DNA from: Armatimonadota bacterium
GTDB taxonomy: Bacteria; Armatimonadota; Fimbriimonadia; Fimbriimonadales; GBS-DC
Direction: 5' to 3'
NCBI GenBank assembly: GCA_037445735.1
Contig: JBBIJY010000011.1
Location: forward strand, 1 to 64,000
Length of the DNA: 64,000 nt
The notes beneath the pieces are model-generated. The model was given only the letters and a program-made list of their open reading frames with translations. It was not told the origin of the DNA and ran no database searches. The first letter of the stretch is position 1, and every line of letters begins with the position of its first letter. Below, piece after piece: positions 55,459 to 64,000 of the stretch. The position numbers and the translations under genes are program-made.

Positions 55459-56994
55459 TCAGTCGTGGAGGGATTGCTCGCTCAGTCGCAGTGCTTCGTC
55501 CAGCTCGCGCATCGCTTCCGCGCGCAGCAGGGTCGCGTTCTCCAGGTCTTCCGCTTTACGGAACAGCAGGTAGCGCGCCATCTGCTGGGACGCCTGAGCC
55601 ATCAGCTGCGCTCCGAACTGCAGGTGAGCGAGCGCGTCGCGGCTCTTCTCGTCGGGCTGGAGTCGCGCCAGCCATGCGCCGCTATCCAGCGCCCGCACGA
55701 CGATTCGCTCGCCCCGCTCCCGCAGTGCTTTCCAGTCGGGCGCAGGGTCGCTCGCCAGCCGCCGCAGGTCTAACAGCTCGGCGGAAAGGTCATTCAGGAT
55801 ACCCTTTGCCACGAACAGCAGCATGGGCAGCTGGTCATGGCTGAGCGGGATGGGCGTTCGGTCAGGCTCAAACTGGCGGCGGACGCCCTGCAGCAGATAG
55901 AGGCGCCAGCGCAGCCCCTCACCCGCACCCTCTCCCCAGAGGGGAGAGGGGGTTCGCTCAGAGTGCAGCAGGCTCTTGAGGGTCGCCTCCGCGCCGTCGA
56001 AGTCGCCCGCGAGCAGCTGGAAATCGAACAGGGTGAGCGCGAGCGTGAGCGCGGCGCGGGCGTCCTGAACGCTCTGACGCGCCTGCTGCAGCACGCGAAT
56101 GGCGTCGTCGATCCGACCCTGCTCGCGCATGAGGCGTGCCCACATCAGCAGGAGCGCCTCTTCATGGGGCATCAGCTGCATCGCGCGCTCGCACTCTTCC
56201 AGCGCGGCGTTGTTCAGCCCCAGCCGCTGATAGAGTTCGATCAGGCGCAGGCGCGCTTCGGCATCGAGCGGGTTCTGATTGACCCGCGCACGCAGCAGGG
56301 GCAACGCCTCACTCAGTCGCCCTTCCCGAATCAGCTGCTCCACCGAAGTAGCAGGCGCATCCTGCGCCTGAACTGACTCCCGACGGCGCTCCGCCTGAAG
56401 CGGGCTTTCTGGCATGGTTGGCAGGTTCTGCCACACCTCGCTGTTGAGGCGCAGGACGAGCGTGCGAGCCAGCGAGCGCAGCGTGGCGTCGAAAGGCGCG
56501 GAGTCGCGGCTCGCCACCTGATGGTTGCCCGACGCCTGCCACAGCGGCGTGCGCCGACCTGTCTGCCACACCTCCACCGAATAGGTGACGGTGAGAGCAG
56601 CGGCAGGGGCGGAAGGTGGTTCGCCCGCTCGCTCTTTTGGGCGCGTGCAGCGGGCAATCAGCAGGTATGAAGCCTCCCACGCGCGGGCGATACGCAGCAG
56701 CAGCGCGGTGTCGGGCGCGTTAAGCGACTTCGGATCGACCCGATGTTCATTTGCAAATCGCTGAACGGTTGGATGATTCGGGGCGTAGACCGCCACTTCC
56801 AGCTTGCGCAGAGCTTTCAGTTCCGCTGTGAGCGCAGGGATCAGGTCAAGGTTGGGATTGTAGCCCTCCTGTGAGGGTTCCTGCAGCTGGGCGATGAGCA
56901 GGAGCGGGCGCTGGGGTTGGGCGTTCTGTGGCATGCTGAAGCCAGGCTCCAGCAATAGCGCTATTGCCATCAGCCACAGGACAGCTATTCGCAT
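55459..56994 (-). CDS. Secreted TPR-repeat protein
   Basis: Signal peptide and central TPR-like helical repeats. Confidence 0.7.
   Translation of the reverse strand: MRIAVLWLMAIALLLEPGFSMPQNAQPQRPLLLIAQLQEPSQEGYNPNLDLIPALTAELKALRKLEVAVYAPNHPTVQRFANEHRVDPKSLNAPDTALLLRIARAWEASYLLIARCTRPKERAGEPPSAPAAALTVTYSVEVWQTGRRTPLWQASGNHQVASRDSAPFDATLRSLARTLVLRLNSEVWQNLPTMPESPLQAERRRESVQAQDAPATSVEQLIREGRLSEALPLLRARVNQNPLDAEARLRLIELYQRLGLNNAALEECERAMQLMPHEEALLLMWARLMREQGRIDDAIRVLQQARQSVQDARAALTLALTLFDFQLLAGDFDGAEATLKSLLHSERTPSPLWGEGAGEGLRWRLYLLQGVRRQFEPDRTPIPLSHDQLPMLLFVAKGILNDLSAELLDLRRLASDPAPDWKALRERGERIVVRALDSGAWLARLQPDEKSRDALAHLQFGAQLMAQASQQMARYLLFRKAEDLENATLLRAEAMRELDEALRLSEQSLHD
55915..55952. repeat. 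Family-1 repeat, in-frame within the TPR gene
   Basis: CCCCTCACCCGCACCCTCTCCCC-AGA-GGGGAGAGGGGG, encoding TPSPLWGEGAGEG. Confidence 0.88.
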
Positions 56995-58181
56995 AGTTTC
57001 AGCCCCTGCTCACAGGCGCGAATGCCCTCGCGTGCGGCGTCCCCATTGGTCCCGCGCTGAATCTCCTGCTGATAGGCTTGAATCGCCAGCTGGAAGTGGG
57101 CACGGGCGTTCGTTTTATCATCCAGTCGCAGGTAGCAGATGGCAATCTGCTGGTGCACCTCGCCCTGCGAGGGCGCGGTCGGCAGCGCCTGCTCGTAGTA
57201 TCGGATGGCTTCGCGGTAGTTGCCCGCCATCTGGTGGCGGCGCGCGATCTCCAGCGGGTTCTCATCCGACGGGTTCGATGGCTGAGCAGGTGACTCACCC
57301 TTCTGCACGCGGATGTCGTACACGCCCTGATCGGGATTTTCGCGCACTTCGACATCGGGCATGATGTTGTCGTTCTGGGCGCCGGGCGTGGCGGCGGGGT
57401 TGCTATTTTGGGGCGGGTTTGCTGGGGAGGCGGGACTGGTGCTGCTGGGCGCAGGCAGGGTCGGGATGGCGCCGCGGGGTGTGGGGCGCGTGCTTTCAGG
57501 CGCAGGCGCGAGCGCCAGTCGTGACGGGTCGACCATCACGGGCGGCACGCCTTCAGCGCTCGCCGATTCCGACGGCGCAGGCGGTGGAGGCGAAGCAACA
57601 GCCGCCTGCGAATTCGCGACGGGTTCCGCTGGCGAAGGCGCCGACGCAACGGGTGTCGGCTGGGCAGGCGCCGGGTGAGGCGTGCTGAGGCGCAGGATCA
57701 TCATCAGCCCGATCAGCAGCACCACGCCCGCGCCGATGAACGCGAGCAGCGTCGGCAACACTTCCACCCACAGCGGGCGGGGGCTGACGGGCGCGTAGCG
57801 CACCGCCGCGCGGGGCTGACGCCGCAGCGAATCGAGCTTCAGGCGCTCCGACACGCTCAGCGGGTTCAGCTGCACCACCCGCTCATAGGTCTCTATCGCC
57901 TGTTCGAGCTGTCCGCGCTTCTCGTGCAGGAGCGCTTTGAGCGAGAGCGCGGGCAGCAGTTGCGGGTCGAACGCGAGCGCGCCCTCGCACGCCAGCAGCG
58001 CCTCTTCATAGCGCCCCTGCTCGTGCAGGCTCATCGCCTCGCGCAATAACCGCTCCGCCTGCAACCGTTTCCAGCCGGGCGTTTCGCCCTGCTCCACCGG
58101 GGCACCGCAATAGGCGCAGTAGCGTGCCCCGTCCTCTACCGGATGCTCACAGCGCATGCACACCATCGCCCCGAACCCCAT
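56985..58181 (-). CDS. Zinc-ribbon/TPR membrane protein
   Basis: CMRC...CAYC, TPRs, TM, Pro-rich linker, C-terminal TPRs. Confidence 0.8.
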   Translation of the reverse strand: MGFGAMVCMRCEHPVEDGARYCAYCGAPVEQGETPGWKRLQAERLLREAMSLHEQGRYEEALLACEGALAFDPQLLPALSLKALLHEKRGQLEQAIETYERVVQLNPLSVSERLKLDSLRRQPRAAVRYAPVSPRPLWVEVLPTLLAFIGAGVVLLIGLMMILRLSTPHPAPAQPTPVASAPSPAEPVANSQAAVASPPPPAPSESASAEGVPPVMVDPSRLALAPAPESTRPTPRGAIPTLPAPSSTSPASPANPPQNSNPAATPGAQNDNIMPDVEVRENPDQGVYDIRVQKGESPAQPSNPSDENPLEIARRHQMAGNYREAIRYYEQALPTAPSQGEVHQQIAICYLRLDDKTNARAHFQLAIQAYQQEIQRGTNGDAAREGIRACEQGLKLCE

Positions 58182-58274
58182 CGCCCTTATTGTACCTGCA
58201 TTTTGGACTGCTTCTGCAGGGCATGGGTTTCGGTCGCCATCAGGTACAATCGCTTACACGGGAGGTGAAGTGCA

Positions 58275-58979
58275 ATGGCAACGCGCATCAAATGGTTCGG
58301 ACACGCGACCTTTCTCGTGGAATCGCCTCAGGGCAAGCATATTCTGATCGACCCGTGGGTGTACGGCAACCCTGCCTGCCCCGAAAGCGAGAAGACGCTC
58401 CCGAAAGTGGACCTGATGCTCATCACGCACGGGCACTCGGACCATTTCGGGGACGCGGTGCGCATCGCGCGGCAGTTCTCGCCCACCATCATGTGCATCT
58501 ATGAAATCTATCTGCATCTCAGTCGGCATGGGGTGCAGTCGGTGCAGCCGATGAACAAGGGCGGCACGGCGTACCACGAGGGAATTGCCGTCACGATGGT
58601 GAACGCCTTCCACAGCAGCGGGCTGGACGAGGGCGGTCAGGTTCACTATGCGGGCGATCCCGTCGGCTTCGTCATTCGGCTTGAAGATGGGCTGACCCTC
58701 TATCACGCGGGCGACACCTGCCTGTTCGGCGATATGCGCCTGATTGGCGAGCTGTATCGACCCGATATTGCCATGTTGCCGATTGGCGACCTGTTCACGA
58801 TGGGACCGCGTGAAGCCGCCTATGCCATTCGGCTGCTGGGCGTGAAGCGGGTCATCCCGATGCACTGGGGCACTTTCCCGTTGCTCACGGGCACGCCGGA
58901 GCAGCTGCGCGAGTTGACCCGCGATATCGAGGGGCTGGAGATTCTCACGCTGCGCCCGGGCGAGACCATCGCCGTCTGA
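58275..58979 (+). CDS. Metallo-beta-lactamase-fold hydrolase (UPF0173)
   Basis: WFGHA, THGHSDH, YHAGDT, PIGDLFTM, IPMHWGTF. Confidence 0.93.
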   Translation: MATRIKWFGHATFLVESPQGKHILIDPWVYGNPACPESEKTLPKVDLMLITHGHSDHFGDAVRIARQFSPTIMCIYEIYLHLSRHGVQSVQPMNKGGTAYHEGIAVTMVNAFHSSGLDEGGQVHYAGDPVGFVIRLEDGLTLYHAGDTCLFGDMRLIGELYRPDIAMLPIGDLFTMGPREAAYAIRLLGVKRVIPMHWGTFPLLTGTPEQLRELTRDIEGLEILTLRPGETIAV

Positions 58980-59442
58980 TGAGCCAGGCGGCGGTCAGCA
59001 CGCCAAGCGCGTCGATCAGCACATCGAGCCCGTTCGCGGTGCGACCGGGCACGAAGTGCTGGTGGAACTCATCCAGCATCGCATAGAGGATGCTGGTGAC
59101 GATTGCCCAGCGCAGTGCCGGCTGGCGCGCATAGCCCAGCCCGCCCCTGAACGCCCAGTAGCCCAGCAGCATCAGGATGGCATACTCGGTGAAGTGCGCC
59201 AGCTTGCGCACCGCGAAGTTCAGCGCCTCCACCTGGCTTTCGGTGAGCCGTTGCGCCAGTGCGGGGAACCAGTGTGCCAGCACCGCCTCCAGCAGCGACG
59301 CCGTGCGCTGACCGCTCCAGTCGACGGATGAGAAGTGAAAAATCAGCCCCATCCAGAGCAGGTAACAGACGATGGGGATGATTCGTCTGTGCAGGGCGAT
59401 GCGGGCGCGGGCGCCGCGCCCGTACGGCGGCGTGGCTTTCAT
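58945..59442 (-). CDS. VanZ-family protein
   Basis: RKLAHFTEYAIL, DEFHQHFVPGR, DVLIDALG. Confidence 0.9.
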   Translation of the reverse strand: MKATPPYGRGARARIALHRRIIPIVCYLLWMGLIFHFSSVDWSGQRTASLLEAVLAHWFPALAQRLTESQVEALNFAVRKLAHFTEYAILMLLGYWAFRGGLGYARQPALRWAIVTSILYAMLDEFHQHFVPGRTANGLDVLIDALGVLTAAWLIRRRWSRPGAA

Positions 59443-60257
59443 CGGGCGAACTCCTTCCACAGGGGCGATAAACCAGCCACCAGCCCAAACAGCAGGGCAG
59501 CCACCAGCGCGACCGCGGCGCCGGGCGGAATCGGCAGCCATAAGGCTGTCCCGAAACCCGCTACCAGACAGAGTCCGCCGATAAGGGCGCTGGTCACCCG
59601 CATGGCGCGGAAGCTCCCACAGAGCGTGCGGGCAGTCGCCGCTGGCAGGATAAGCAGCGCGCTGATCGGCAGGATGCCCACCGCCCGAATGCCGACCGCC
59701 ACCATCAGCGCCAGCCCCACCAGAAAGAGCGTCTCCACCGTCTGCACGGGCACGCCCTGTGCCTGCGCCAGCTCGCGATGGAAGCCGATCCGTATCAGCG
59801 GGCGCGTCAGCAACAGCAGCATCGCCGCGCCGATACAATCTGCGCCGAGCAGTCGCCACAGATCGCCCCGCTCAATCGCTAACAAATCGCCGAACAGCAA
59901 CGCGCTTAGCGGCAACGGCACCTCCAGCAGGCTGACCAGCGCAATCCCCGTTGCCGACACGCTCGTGATGGCGACCACCAGCACCACATCGGGTGGTAGA
60001 CCCGTGCGCTGTTGAAACCATGCAATCACGAGGGCGAACAGGGGCGCCACGAGCAGGAGCGCCGCGCCCATCTGCCAGCCCAGCCACGCCGCCAGCGCCG
60101 CGCCCAGAAACGCCGAGTGGGCAATCGCGTCCCCCAGATAGGTCACCCGCTGACCCACCACATACACGCCCAGCACGGGATACACCGCTGTTAGCAAAAC
60201 CATCGCCAGCAGTGCATTCCATACAAAATCGAACGCCAGCCACTCTGTCCAGCCCAT
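59439..60257 (-). CDS. znuB: Zn/Mn ABC transporter permease
   Basis: GDAIAHSAFLG, LLFGDLL, VGILPISALLILPAATA. Confidence 0.85.
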   Translation of the reverse strand: MGWTEWLAFDFVWNALLAMVLLTAVYPVLGVYVVGQRVTYLGDAIAHSAFLGAALAAWLGWQMGAALLLVAPLFALVIAWFQQRTGLPPDVVLVVAITSVSATGIALVSLLEVPLPLSALLFGDLLAIERGDLWRLLGADCIGAAMLLLLTRPLIRIGFHRELAQAQGVPVQTVETLFLVGLALMVAVGIRAVGILPISALLILPAATARTLCGSFRAMRVTSALIGGLCLVAGFGTALWLPIPPGAAVALVAALLFGLVAGLSPLWKEFAR

Positions 60258-60259
60258 CG

Positions 60260-60979
60260 CTAATGCTCCTGATGCTCGTACACCGACACGGGATGCCCGT
60301 ACAGCTCGTCCAGCAGGGGCATCTGCAGCACTTCCTGCGGCGTGCCCGTGCAGAGAACGCGATGATGAATGCACACCACGCGCGTGGCGTAGCGGCTCAC
60401 GATGCTCAGATCGTGCGACACGATCAGCGCGCCCACCTGTCGCTGTGCCCGCTGCTGCTCGATCAGGTCATAAAACCGCAGGCGCACGCCCACATCGATG
60501 CCGGTGGCGGGTTCGTCCAAAAGCAGCAGGCGCGGCTGACGGGCGATGGCGGCGGCAATCACCACCCGCTGCAGCTCGCCGCCTGAAAGCGCGCGCACCT
60601 CGCGATGGAGCAGGTGCTCCGCATCCACCGCCTGCAGCACCGCCGTCAGCTCGGGGACCCGCCTGTCGAGCATCGCCTGCAACAGTTCCGAGACCAGCAG
60701 GGGCATCGTGCGGTCGAACTGGAGCGCCTGCGGCACATAGCCAATCAGGGCACGGTCGGCGGGCGTCAGCTGCGCGGGCGGTTTGCCCAGCACGCGCACC
60801 TCACCACGCTGATAGGGCAGCAGTCCCAGCGCCACACGCAACAGCGTTGTCTTGCCCGCGCCGTTGGGACCGATCAGGGCGACCAGCTCGCCCGCCGCCA
60901 CCTGCAGCGAGACGCGCTCCAGCACCCATCGCCCGCCGAGCGCCACGCTCAGGTCGGAAACCTCCAGAAGGTTCTCCAT
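60260..60979 (-). CDS. znuC: Zn/Mn ABC transporter ATPase
   Basis: GPNGAGKT, GYVPQ, LSGGELQR, LLDEP, SHDL, His-rich tail. Confidence 0.85.
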   Translation of the reverse strand: MENLLEVSDLSVALGGRWVLERVSLQVAAGELVALIGPNGAGKTTLLRVALGLLPYQRGEVRVLGKPPAQLTPADRALIGYVPQALQFDRTMPLLVSELLQAMLDRRVPELTAVLQAVDAEHLLHREVRALSGGELQRVVIAAAIARQPRLLLLDEPATGIDVGVRLRFYDLIEQQRAQRQVGALIVSHDLSIVSRYATRVVCIHHRVLCTGTPQEVLQMPLLDELYGHPVSVYEHQEH

Positions 60980-60993
60980 CGGCTGTTATGGGT

Positions 60994-61800
60994 CTATTTC
61001 GGACGCGGCTCCTCGTACATCGCAAAGGCATTATGGTTATGGATCGACTCAATCGATTCGCACTCGGCGCGGAACCAGCGCAGTTCGTCCCGCGCGTGCA
61101 GGCGCAGCACCAGCTCGCGCACCACATCCTCCACGAAGCGCGGCGTCTGATAGCTCCGCTCCGTGACGAACTTCTCATCGGGTCGCTTCAGCACGGGGTA
61201 GACCAGCGCGCTGACCGATTCGGCAATCAGTGGCAGGTACTCATCGGGCAGTAAGAGCGTACGCTCCTTCGTCTGCAGCCAGAGGCGCACGATGGCACGC
61301 TGATTGTGCGCCCCGAAATCGGCAATCGCTTTACTGCAGGGGCAGAGCGTCATCACAGGCACTTCAAAGAAGCTGGTGCCGCAGGAGGCGCCGTTATTGA
61401 GTTGCGCGTCCCATTCGACAGTGATGTCGAGCCAGCCTGCGACGCCTGTAACAGGGGCTGGCAGCGGCAGGAAATAGGGGAACCGCAGGCGCAGGTGCGC
61501 CCGACGGCTTTTCAGTCGTTCCTGGGTCAGCTGCAGCAGCTCGCGTACACCGCTGGGCGCCTGCGGTTGCGCTGCCCACTCGTAGAGCGTTTCCACCAGG
61601 CGGCTCATGTGCGTGCCGCGCTGGTTGGCGTCGATATCGACGCTCAGTTCGGCGGTGGCAACCACGGGTTGCTCTGCGCCAGTGGGTGTGATCAGGTGGA
61701 TGGGCAGGCGCAACTCCCGGATGCCCACACATGGTAGCGCGACGCCCCGCGCATCGATCTCCATCGCCACATCGGGCAACTGCTCAAATGCCGATTGCAT
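60994..61800 (-). CDS. folE2: GTP cyclohydrolase IB
   Basis: RGTHMSRL, TLCPCSK, AHNQR, KRPDEK, FVEDVVR, ESIHNHNA; alternative GTG start at 61821. Confidence 0.93.
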   Translation of the reverse strand: MQSAFEQLPDVAMEIDARGVALPCVGIRELRLPIHLITPTGAEQPVVATAELSVDIDANQRGTHMSRLVETLYEWAAQPQAPSGVRELLQLTQERLKSRRAHLRLRFPYFLPLPAPVTGVAGWLDITVEWDAQLNNGASCGTSFFEVPVMTLCPCSKAIADFGAHNQRAIVRLWLQTKERTLLLPDEYLPLIAESVSALVYPVLKRPDEKFVTERSYQTPRFVEDVVRELVLRLHARDELRWFRAECESIESIHNHNAFAMYEEPRPK

Positions 61801-61830
61801 CTCATCTTTATCATACCCCACGCCTGCGGG

Positions 61831-63111
61831 TCAGCTCTCCAGATTCACCGCGGCGAAGGGCTGGACACGCTCGATGCAGGCGCCCAGCGCCCGCAGCTTC
61901 TCCTCAAGGCGCTCGTAGCCCCGATCGATGTGGTAGACCTCGTCGATGGTGGAGGTGCCTTCAGCGGCGAGCGCAGCCAGCACGAGCGCAGCGCCGCCGC
62001 GCAGGTCGGTCGCCCGCACGCGCGCCCCGCGCAACCGCGCCACGCCCCGAATCACGATCGTGCGACCCTCCACCATCAGGTCGGCGCCCATCCGCTGCAG
62101 TTCGGGCACATGCTGCACGCGATTCTCATAGATGGTCTCGTGCACCACTGACGCGCCCTGCGTCAGGGTCAGATAGGCGCACATCGGCTGCTGTAAATCG
62201 GTCGGGAAGCCCGGGTAGGGCAATGTGCGGATGTCCACTGCGCGGAGCGGGTCGTGCGCCTGCACGCGGATCGCGCTTTCGGTCTCCTGCACCTGCACGC
62301 CCGATTCGCTCAGTTTTGCCAGCACCGAGTGGAGATGTTCGGGAATGACGCGCTCGATGGTGACCGCGCCGCGCGTGATGGCGGCGGCAATCGCGAAGGT
62401 GCCTGCCTCCAATCGGTCGGGAATGACCGCGTACTCAATCTGGCGATTCAGCTGGCGCACGCCTTCGATATAGAGCGTGCTGGTGCCTGCGCCTTCAATT
62501 CGCGCTCCTGCCGCGTTCAGAAAGTTCGCCAGGTTCACCACTTCTGGCTCCATCGCGGCGTTTTCGATGATGGTCAGCCCGTCGGCATAGACCGCAGCGG
62601 TCATCAGCTGCTGGGTGGCGCCCGCGCTGGGCACATCGAGATAGATGCGCGCCCCCTTCAAACGGCTGGCATGGGCGATATAGAGCGTCTCCTGCTCCTG
62701 AATCGCGGCGCCGAGCGCGCGCAGACCGTTCAGATGAAAGTTCACAGGGCGACTACCAATCTGGCAGCCGCCAGGGTGGGGCATGTGGGCATAGCCCATT
62801 CGCGCCAGCAGCGGTCCGAAAATATAGAACGACGCCCGCATGCGGTTCACCAGCTTCGGGTCTGGCTCCGCGCTGGTGAGCGTACTGGTGTCCAGCCGCA
62901 GGCTACTTCCCTCCCGCTCCCACCGCACGCCCAGCCCCTCTAATAGCGCCAGCATCGTCGCCACATCCTCAATCTGAGGCACATTATGCAAAACAACTTC
63001 CCCCTCAATCAGCAGGGAACCCGCCATCAGGGCTAACGCTGCGTTCTTGCTGCCGCTAATCTCCACCGTCCCGCGAAGCGGGGTACCGCCTGTGATGATG
63101 TAGCTCTCCAA
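61831..63111 (-). CDS. murA: UDP-N-acetylglucosamine 1-carboxyvinyltransferase
   Basis: [43 protein letters not shown] start with SD. Confidence 0.96.
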   Translation of the reverse strand: MESYIITGGTPLRGTVEISGSKNAALALMAGSLLIEGEVVLHNVPQIEDVATMLALLEGLGVRWEREGSSLRLDTSTLTSAEPDPKLVNRMRASFYIFGPLLARMGYAHMPHPGGCQIGSRPVNFHLNGLRALGAAIQEQETLYIAHASRLKGARIYLDVPSAGATQQLMTAAVYADGLTIIENAAMEPEVVNLANFLNAAGARIEGAGTSTLYIEGVRQLNRQIEYAVIPDRLEAGTFAIAAAITRGAVTIERVIPEHLHSVLAKLSESGVQVQETESAIRVQAHDPLRAVDIRTLPYPGFPTDLQQPMCAYLTLTQGASVVHETIYENRVQHVPELQRMGADLMVEGRTIVIRGVARLRGARVRATDLRGGAALVLAALAAEGTSTIDEVYHIDRGYERLEEKLRALGACIERVQPFAAVNLES

Positions 63112-63217
63112 AGTCGTCTCCTCCTTGCCAGAGTGTGCGCGTCCTGCGCCCGTATTGCATATTATACCCGCATCGCGATGCGCGATGGTCGATATTCGGG
63201 TACACTAAGGGTGCATT

Positions 63218-63925
63218 ATGGGCTGGCTGGCACGGCTGCACTGTGGGCGCGTGCGCCGACAGCGCTGGCAATACCTGGACGGCACGCTGTCGGATCGCCA
63301 GAGGGCGGCAATAGAGGCGCATTTAATGCAATGCATCGGCTGTCGCGCCGAGTACGCCAGAGCCGCCTGCGCCCTCGAATCGCTCCAAAAAGGGTTGCCA
63401 CTGGAGCCAGATATGCTGCCTGCTCGCCCGCGCCGCTGGCGGATTGTCCTGCTGTTAACGCTAACAGTGCTGGGGGCTGGCAGCGGGCTGTGGCTGAGCG
63501 AGGTCAGCGGGCGGAGCAGGGAGGTTTCCCCTGAGCGGGATACTCAAGCCACGCTGAACCCCTCACCCCAACCCTCTCCCAAACGGGGAGAGGGGGATAG
63601 CAGAATCTCTCCCCAGCGGGAAGAGGGCGTTGCGAAAATCCTCTCCCCCAGCGGGGGAGAGAGTGCGGGTGAGGGGGCTTTGCACTCCACGCCTTCGAGA
63701 AACCGCTCACCCCTGCGGGGAGAGGGCGCTGCGAAAACCCTCTCCCCCAGCGGGGGAGAGGGTACGGGTGAGGGGGTCAGACGCACAACCACGAAACCCA
63801 CTGCACGCAAGAAGCGACCCGCCCGAAGCGCACCCAAACCCGCCCCGCCACCAGAAGGAACCATCGAAGTCTATGACGAATCCGGTCAACTGATCCGACG
63901 CGACAATGTACGGGGGACGCGATGA
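63218..63925 (+). CDS. Zinc-binding anti-sigma factor (zf-HC2) membrane protein
   Basis: YLDGTL...HLMQCIGC (HxxxCxxC) followed by a TM helix. Confidence 0.75.
   Translation: MGWLARLHCGRVRRQRWQYLDGTLSDRQRAAIEAHLMQCIGCRAEYARAACALESLQKGLPLEPDMLPARPRRWRIVLLLTLTVLGAGSGLWLSEVSGRSREVSPERDTQATLNPSPQPSPKRGEGDSRISPQREEGVAKILSPSGGESAGEGALHSTPSRNRSPLRGEGAAKTLSPSGGEGTGEGVRRTTTKPTARKKRPARSAPKPAPPPEGTIEVYDESGQLIRRDNVRGTR
63559..63776. repeat. Tandem family-1 repeat array, in-frame within the anti-sigma gene
   Basis: About five hairpin units, e.g. CCCTCTCCCCCAGCGGGGGAGAGGGTACGGGTGAGGGGG. Confidence 0.88.
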
Positions 63926-64000
63926 GACAGACAACGCCCTCTGAACCGCGCATCACGCTGGAGGCAAAGGGTACCGACGCACGCGAGGTGTTCGCTGAGC
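63922..64000 (+). CDS. Partial CDS running off the window edge
   Basis: ATGA overlap with the upstream stop; MRQTTPSEPRITLEAKGTDAREVFAE. Confidence 0.55.
   Translation, partial: MRQTTPSEPRITLEAKGTDAREVFAE

Noticed and set aside
63559-63776. CRISPR array
   Set aside because: Units are degenerate, irregularly spaced and inside an ORF, with no unique spacers or cas genes

Overview
GC-rich bacterial chromosome segment, gene-dense and mostly housekeeping. The prepilin/H-X9-DG protein, STN-like secreted hypothetical proteins, exosortase and lipoprotein serpin suggest Armatimonadota (inference from gene content only). Contents in order: tRNA-Arg(UCG) and tRNA-Pro; rpmH-rnpA-yidD-yidC-jag without dnaA; VanW protein; trpS; thiolase with a fused 2-oxoacid dehydrogenase E1; LacI regulator; icd; pilC-like gene, folK and two tRNAs; an exosortase/EpsI exopolysaccharide operon with a consensus sigma54 site; pgm; fliH-fliI-fliJ and a lytic transglycosylase; a DUF1573/tetraheme cytochrome/aldo-keto reductase operon; psuG; mreB; a secreted fibre-like protein; serpin; rel; dtd; a lower-GC ABC-ATPase plus putative nuclease pair; a PASTA kinase lacking DFG; rpe; ribD; smpB; VWA lipoprotein; TPR proteins; znuBC, folE2, murA; an anti-sigma factor. 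No integrase, transposase, CRISPR array or rRNA was seen. The strongest leads are (1) a palindromic repeat family inserted in-frame into three unrelated proteins, (2) the ATPase/nuclease pair as a candidate defence system, (3) the CGC-motif cytochrome operon with an inactive metzincin-like domain, and (4) a GG-extended -10, leaderless and bidirectional promoter architecture. All product calls come from motif recognition by eye; no database searches were run.
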